The notes under the pieces: generated by a model
What the model was told of the DNA's origin: nothing
Seen by the model: the letters and a program-made list of their open reading frames with translations, nothing else
Database searches by the model: none
Assembly (NCBI GenBank): GCA_963693365.1
Contig: CAVNZM010000005.1
Location: 8,201,679-8,265,678, forward strand
Origin: Amoebidium appalachense
Taxonomy: Eukaryota > Protista > Ichthyosporea
Length of the DNA: 64,000 nt
Direction of reading: 5' to 3'
Program-made: the position numbers and the translations under genes
Shown here: piece after piece, positions 51,779 to 64,000 of the stretch
Numbering within the stretch: position 1 is the first letter of the stretch
Layout of the letters: each line of letters begins with the position of its first letter

Positions 51779-53419
51779 AATCCCACACAGTGTACCTTTT
51801 CAAACTTGAGTCACCGGCTACTGCCCAGTGGCAGGCCTTGTTGAAGTGTACGCCAGCCTTGAACAAACTGAGGTATGGTAATGAGTGGATGCCAGCACCG
51901 CAAATTTTGTCACCGTGGGGAAGGGGTGTGGAATAGGGTAGGGTGCATGCTGCAAGTTGTGTTTCAGATTCTCTCCGCGACTGTAGGCATGAGCCTCCGT
52001 GCACTTGCATGTGCCACGCAGGTGCTTTGGATCTATGTGTTTTTTTGTTTTTTGAGAGGGGCTGGGAGGGCCCGGGGAGGGAGAGGGCGTGGGGGAGCGG
52101 GGGAGGGGGGGGGGGGGGGACTCAGGGGGGGGCAGGGGGGTCTGGAGGTTAAAAGGACGAGTGAATTCAGGTATGGATAAGGCAGGGCCAAAAGACGCTG
52201 ATTCACTCGGGGAGGGGAAGGGAGGGGGAGGGGGGCGGGGAGGGGAGGGAGGGGGGGGGGTGTAACTCCGAACGGGTGATGCTTGTGGTGGTGGGTGGGG
52301 GACTGGGGAGACCCCGGGGGGGCGGGTGGGGGGGGGGGGGGGAGGGGAGGGCAGATTTGGGGCCGGGGGGAAGGGGGGGGAAGAGAGAGAGGGGGGATGG
52401 GCGCGTAAGAGATCTGGGAGAGACACAAGACGTATCTAAGGATAGAGGAAGAAGGCCTAAGAAAGCCGAGAGCGAGGGAACTTGATGCTTGAGGGAACGT
52501 AGGCTTGTGACAGTGTCCGACAACGTCCACGTGGATCTTTGAAGGAAGTGAGGGGGGGAGGGACTGGCTGGGGAGGGGGGGGGGGGGGGGGGGGGGACGG
52601 TTGTACATTTGAGGTAGAGGGCCGCATGAGGGGTTGTAGGGATGCCACAATCATGACTCCTACAAGAACGATCACCGAAGAAAGTTGAGCACAGCATCCA
52701 ACACAAGTACTACGAATCATGCAAGCAAGCCGGCCCTTACCTGATGGCACTAGAGACTAGGCCACAAAAGCCCGTCCAAGCGATCAAAGCAGAGGTGACG
52801 GGCGAGAGGCGAGAGAAACTTACGCCTGCCCGCACGCCGTGAGACCGTGAGTCACTGTGGCCCACCCCAGCCCGGCGCAAGGCCTCCTTATACGGTTCGT
52901 ATGGGAGGTCTCGCCGGACCCGCTGCTAGGAGGCTGCATCATCATGCACTCGGCGGCCAGCGCTAGCAGAGGCGGCGCGTTGAGTTTCAAACGTGACAGT
53001 TTATGTTCATAACTCGTGAGTGACTCGAAGCGGTATGATATCATAGCCAGGCAGCGGCTGTCTGTCGGTGTGTCCCGATTACGCTATGCAATATGCTTGG
53101 CGCATGATATTTTAGCCTTATTTGTTCTACATTAGCCCTAAAAAGGAAGTTCAAACTTATCCCCACCAATGGGTATGTAGCTAAGCCTACTATGTAGCCA
53201 CACTGAATTCCTCAAGAGTCGCAGGCGGAACTTGAAGCCTGAGCCACATAAAGGCAAAACTTTGAACACTTAGACAAGGGACAGGAGAGATATAGAAGTA
53301 GGTGTGCAACGGAGTGCAAGAGGCAGGGACCACGTCAGTTGTTTGCATAACCCAGCCCTAGCTTCCTTGTCTGTGTGTATCCTCTGTAGCGCCAGCACTA
53401 TGCTGGCTGGGCAGAGGCC

Positions 53420-60890
<7,471 letters not shown>

Positions 60891-60975
60891 ATGGTTGTGT
60901 GCGTGTGTGTGCGTGTGTGCGAACGTCCACGAACATTTCTGTTATGCATGCATGCGCAAACATGTGTGCTATGCA

Positions 60976-61016
<41 letters not shown>

Positions 61017-61819
61017 GATCGTAGGGCATGTGTTCGTGAATGAGCGGACGGGGGTTTTTTGGCCATGTTTTCGTGAATTTCTTATTCTTGTGTGTATGTG
61101 TGTGCGCGTGCGTGTGTCTTGTGTGTTTCCGTGTCTCCGTGTCTGTGTGTCTTGTGTGGAAACGCCACGCTCAGGAGGCATGGGGGAGGGGGGAGGGGGG
61201 GGAGGGGGGGGGGGGAGGGGGGGAGGGGAGGGGGGCAGGCAGCTGATTGCACAGTGGATTCCGTTGCCTAGGGGCTGAATTGGTTGAATAGCACTGAATG
61301 CTGTGGTTAGGCCGTATGTGCATGAATGCTGCTATGTACATAATTGTAGTCATGTAGCATAGAAACGTTGACCTTACCATATTAGGTGATGCATTGTTTA
61401 GTTCATTGGCTGTATGAGGGCACCTAGTATTAGGTACCACAAGTATCATGTATGCTGTGATTTCAAGGTGTGAATCACGATTATATGCGCATATGTATGC
61501 GCCTAATTAGTTCGGAATGCTTCAGCCATGCACGTGTGTGCCTGGCGAAATAAGACATTCCTGCCGGCATGGCAGAAAATCTGAACTCACACTGAAAGCA
61601 CATCTCAATAATCCTTATGTGCAGTAAGGGGGATACACTGAATGATCGAATTCAGTGGACACGCACCGTGATACATTCGATCAATCCTTCCCCTACTACT
61701 ATAGGCATTTGTTTAGAGATACTGCACGTGTGCTGTCTCGAACTAGTCTATGGGAGATTTCCCCCCCCCCCCCCCCCCCCCCCCCCCCACCCACCCCACC
61801 CCCCGGGGGCCCTCCGCAC

Positions 61820-61866
<47 letters not shown>

Positions 61867-62891
61867 ACGTGACACTGGACACACGGTGTCACACACACAC
61901 AAGGCCAACCACCAGCACCAACGGATCCGGATGCACCGCACACACACACCGTGACGTCGACACACACCCAAAGGACCTCCAAGTCTAGAAGTGCATATTC
62001 ATTCGCGTTAGTCATGATCCATTTTAAGTGCATATGTGTACTAAATTCAAGTTTTCACACGAGTTGCACGACTTTTAACTCACAGCGCAACTTAGGCTCC
62101 AATACTTCTAAAGCCGTGCTCTGTAATCAGCAACCCAATGTATATGACACGTGCTGCACACCAGGCGACCAGGTGGTTGCAGCTTGCGCTGCCATTGGAT
62201 GGATATCATGCAGTATGTACGTGGGACCCTGCAGCCCATACGCATGCATGCGCATGCATGTACATGTGCGCCGGTACGTCTGGGCAGGCTGCATGCGCAT
62301 ATGCTTTGGTGGCGCAAGACAATACAGTAACCGACAATGCCTGAGGTTTGGTGGGCACATCATTCATTATTGTTTTTTTCTAAAAGAATATCTGACTTGA
62401 GTGTCGACGTCGGCTACAAAGGTGCCCTGTGTACATGGCAGCCACCCCGGAACTCTAACGCCAATTGATCATGTGAAAGTGCAAAACATAGCCCTCCCCC
62501 CCCCCCCCCTCCCCCCACCCCCTCCTTCCCCCCCCCACCCCCTGCGCCGGCCCGGAGCAAGCACTACCACATTGACGTTTACTGATAAGGCACACTGATC
62601 GAAGCTTCAAAGAGATCCCCGACCCACAACCACACAGTGGCTGCCCCTGAATGTACGTGCAGGGGTGGGCTGCATATCACAACCTCAAAACACCCTTGAA
62701 TTTGGAACATTCAAGATTCTAGCAGGCTAGCCCCCCCCCCAAAAAACTAAGATAATGTCATTTTGCCCAAGTGCCACTAAGGGGGTCTGGGTATAAGACT
62801 CTAAGTCATATAGGGCCCAGATCAACGTAATTTCAAAAATCAGCATATTGCTGTATCACCAAAAAGGATGCAGCCACACAAGTTAACCCAG

Positions 62892-63001
62892 TCACCTCCC
62901 GGCCACCAGCTTTTGTTTCCTCGCCATTAGTTCCTCGTATGTGGCCATATCTGCTGCTAGCTGGCTGCGTAGCTCGGCCATGCTGATGGCTGTGTGCGTG
63001 G

Positions 63002-63073
<72 letters not shown>

Positions 63074-63526
63074 CGTACACGGTGCGTGTGCGCGCGCGGG
63101 TGTTCGGGTGTGCGGTGGGTGGGTGGGTGGGTGGGTGGGTGGGGGGTGTTAGGTGAATGGTCTTCCCTTCCCCAGTGACCCACCCTTTGACTCAACTAAC
63201 ATTTAACATCCATATCCCCCACTGCCCATCGGGCCCTCTCACTCTACCAAGGTGCTTTTCGTCCCCCTCCCCCATGTCTCTCCCGTATTCCCATCACCCC
63301 TCCCATCTCTTGTTTGGCCCATACCCCACCCATTCACCGCCACCATTGCCGTTACCCAACTGCTTACACCGCCAGTCACCCTCTATGCAATCTGTATCGC
63401 CAGCATCTACTCATGGCATGCATTCTCAATCACCCCGCTCCTCTCTTCCCCCCCATACCTAACATTTTCTCTGTTGTTCAATGTCACTCGAATTGCCACC
63501 TCCGTCCGACTTGCATCTCCCCCCTC

Positions 63527-63557
<31 letters not shown>

Positions 63558-63717
63558 ACCCACCCACCACCACCACCACCACCGCCACCATCCCCCCCAT
63601 CCCCCCTCCCCTCCCCAAACGTCCACCTCACCCTCACCCTCATCTCTTCCCCCCCCCGACCGCATGAATACATCAAGAACCCCACTCATCCTCCCCCCTC
63701 CCCCCTCCCCCCGGCGC

Positions 63718-63750
<33 letters not shown>

Positions 63751-64000
63751 CCCAGCACACACCCTGTCTGAAGCTTCTCTGAGCACTTCTTAGTGCCGGG
63801 GGCACCAACAAACCAAACCACTTGAGGGGGTCGGTGGGAGTGGGCCTTGGCTCATCCTCCACACAATCATCCGTGTCTGTTTGGGGGGGTTCATGGGCTG
63901 TGGGTGGGGGTTCTTGTTTCGGTGCTTTGCGCTGTTTGAGGGCAGGTTGGTCGGTGGTGGCTGCTTGCCGGGGGAGCTCTGGAAACATATCGAATCAGTG
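62892..64000 (-). CDS. CCDC115: CCDC115/Vma22 V-ATPase assembly factor, last two exons (63763->64000 and 62892-63001); the 5' part lies outside the window
   Basis: DPLKWFGLLVPPALRSAQRSFRQ-ATHTAISMAELRSQL matches the Vma22/CCDC115 motif DPLxWFGILVPxSLRxAQxxF. Confidence 0.85.

Noticed and set aside
52820-53044. 74-aa ORF or structured RNA upstream of the TRAF gene
   Set aside because: No homology or motif recognised; probably promoter or intergenic sequence.

Overview
This is eukaryotic nuclear DNA, rich in introns and simple repeats: GC-rich GT-AG exons separated by introns full of poly-G/C, (GT)n and (AG)n tracts. The gene content suggests a unicellular opisthokont or holozoan such as an ichthyosporean, but that is inference only. 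Almost all ORFs in the supplied track are microsatellite artefacts. I rebuilt six genes by hand: (1) a 12-exon membrane-anchored beta-lactamase/family VIII serine hydrolase (+); (2) an intronless PHO80-like cyclin (-); (3) neuroguidin/Lcp5 (-); (4) a large, probably secreted PAN/EGF protein with five tandem copies of an unrecognised three-exon module (-); (5) a TRAF-type zinc-finger/coiled-coil protein (+); (6) the 3' end of CCDC115/Vma22 (-). The first 7.9 kb is a compositionally foreign AT-rich element with bipartite terminal inverted repeats (TIRs), end-specific repeat arrays, decayed paralogous ORF fragments and no target-site duplication (TSD). There are also non-autonomous hAT, Chapaev-like and Kolobok-like transposons with exact TSDs, a probable Helitron containing a T-shaped hairpin, and a 62-bp exonic tandem duplication that could form a new intron. 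I found no convincing rRNA, tRNA or CRISPR array.
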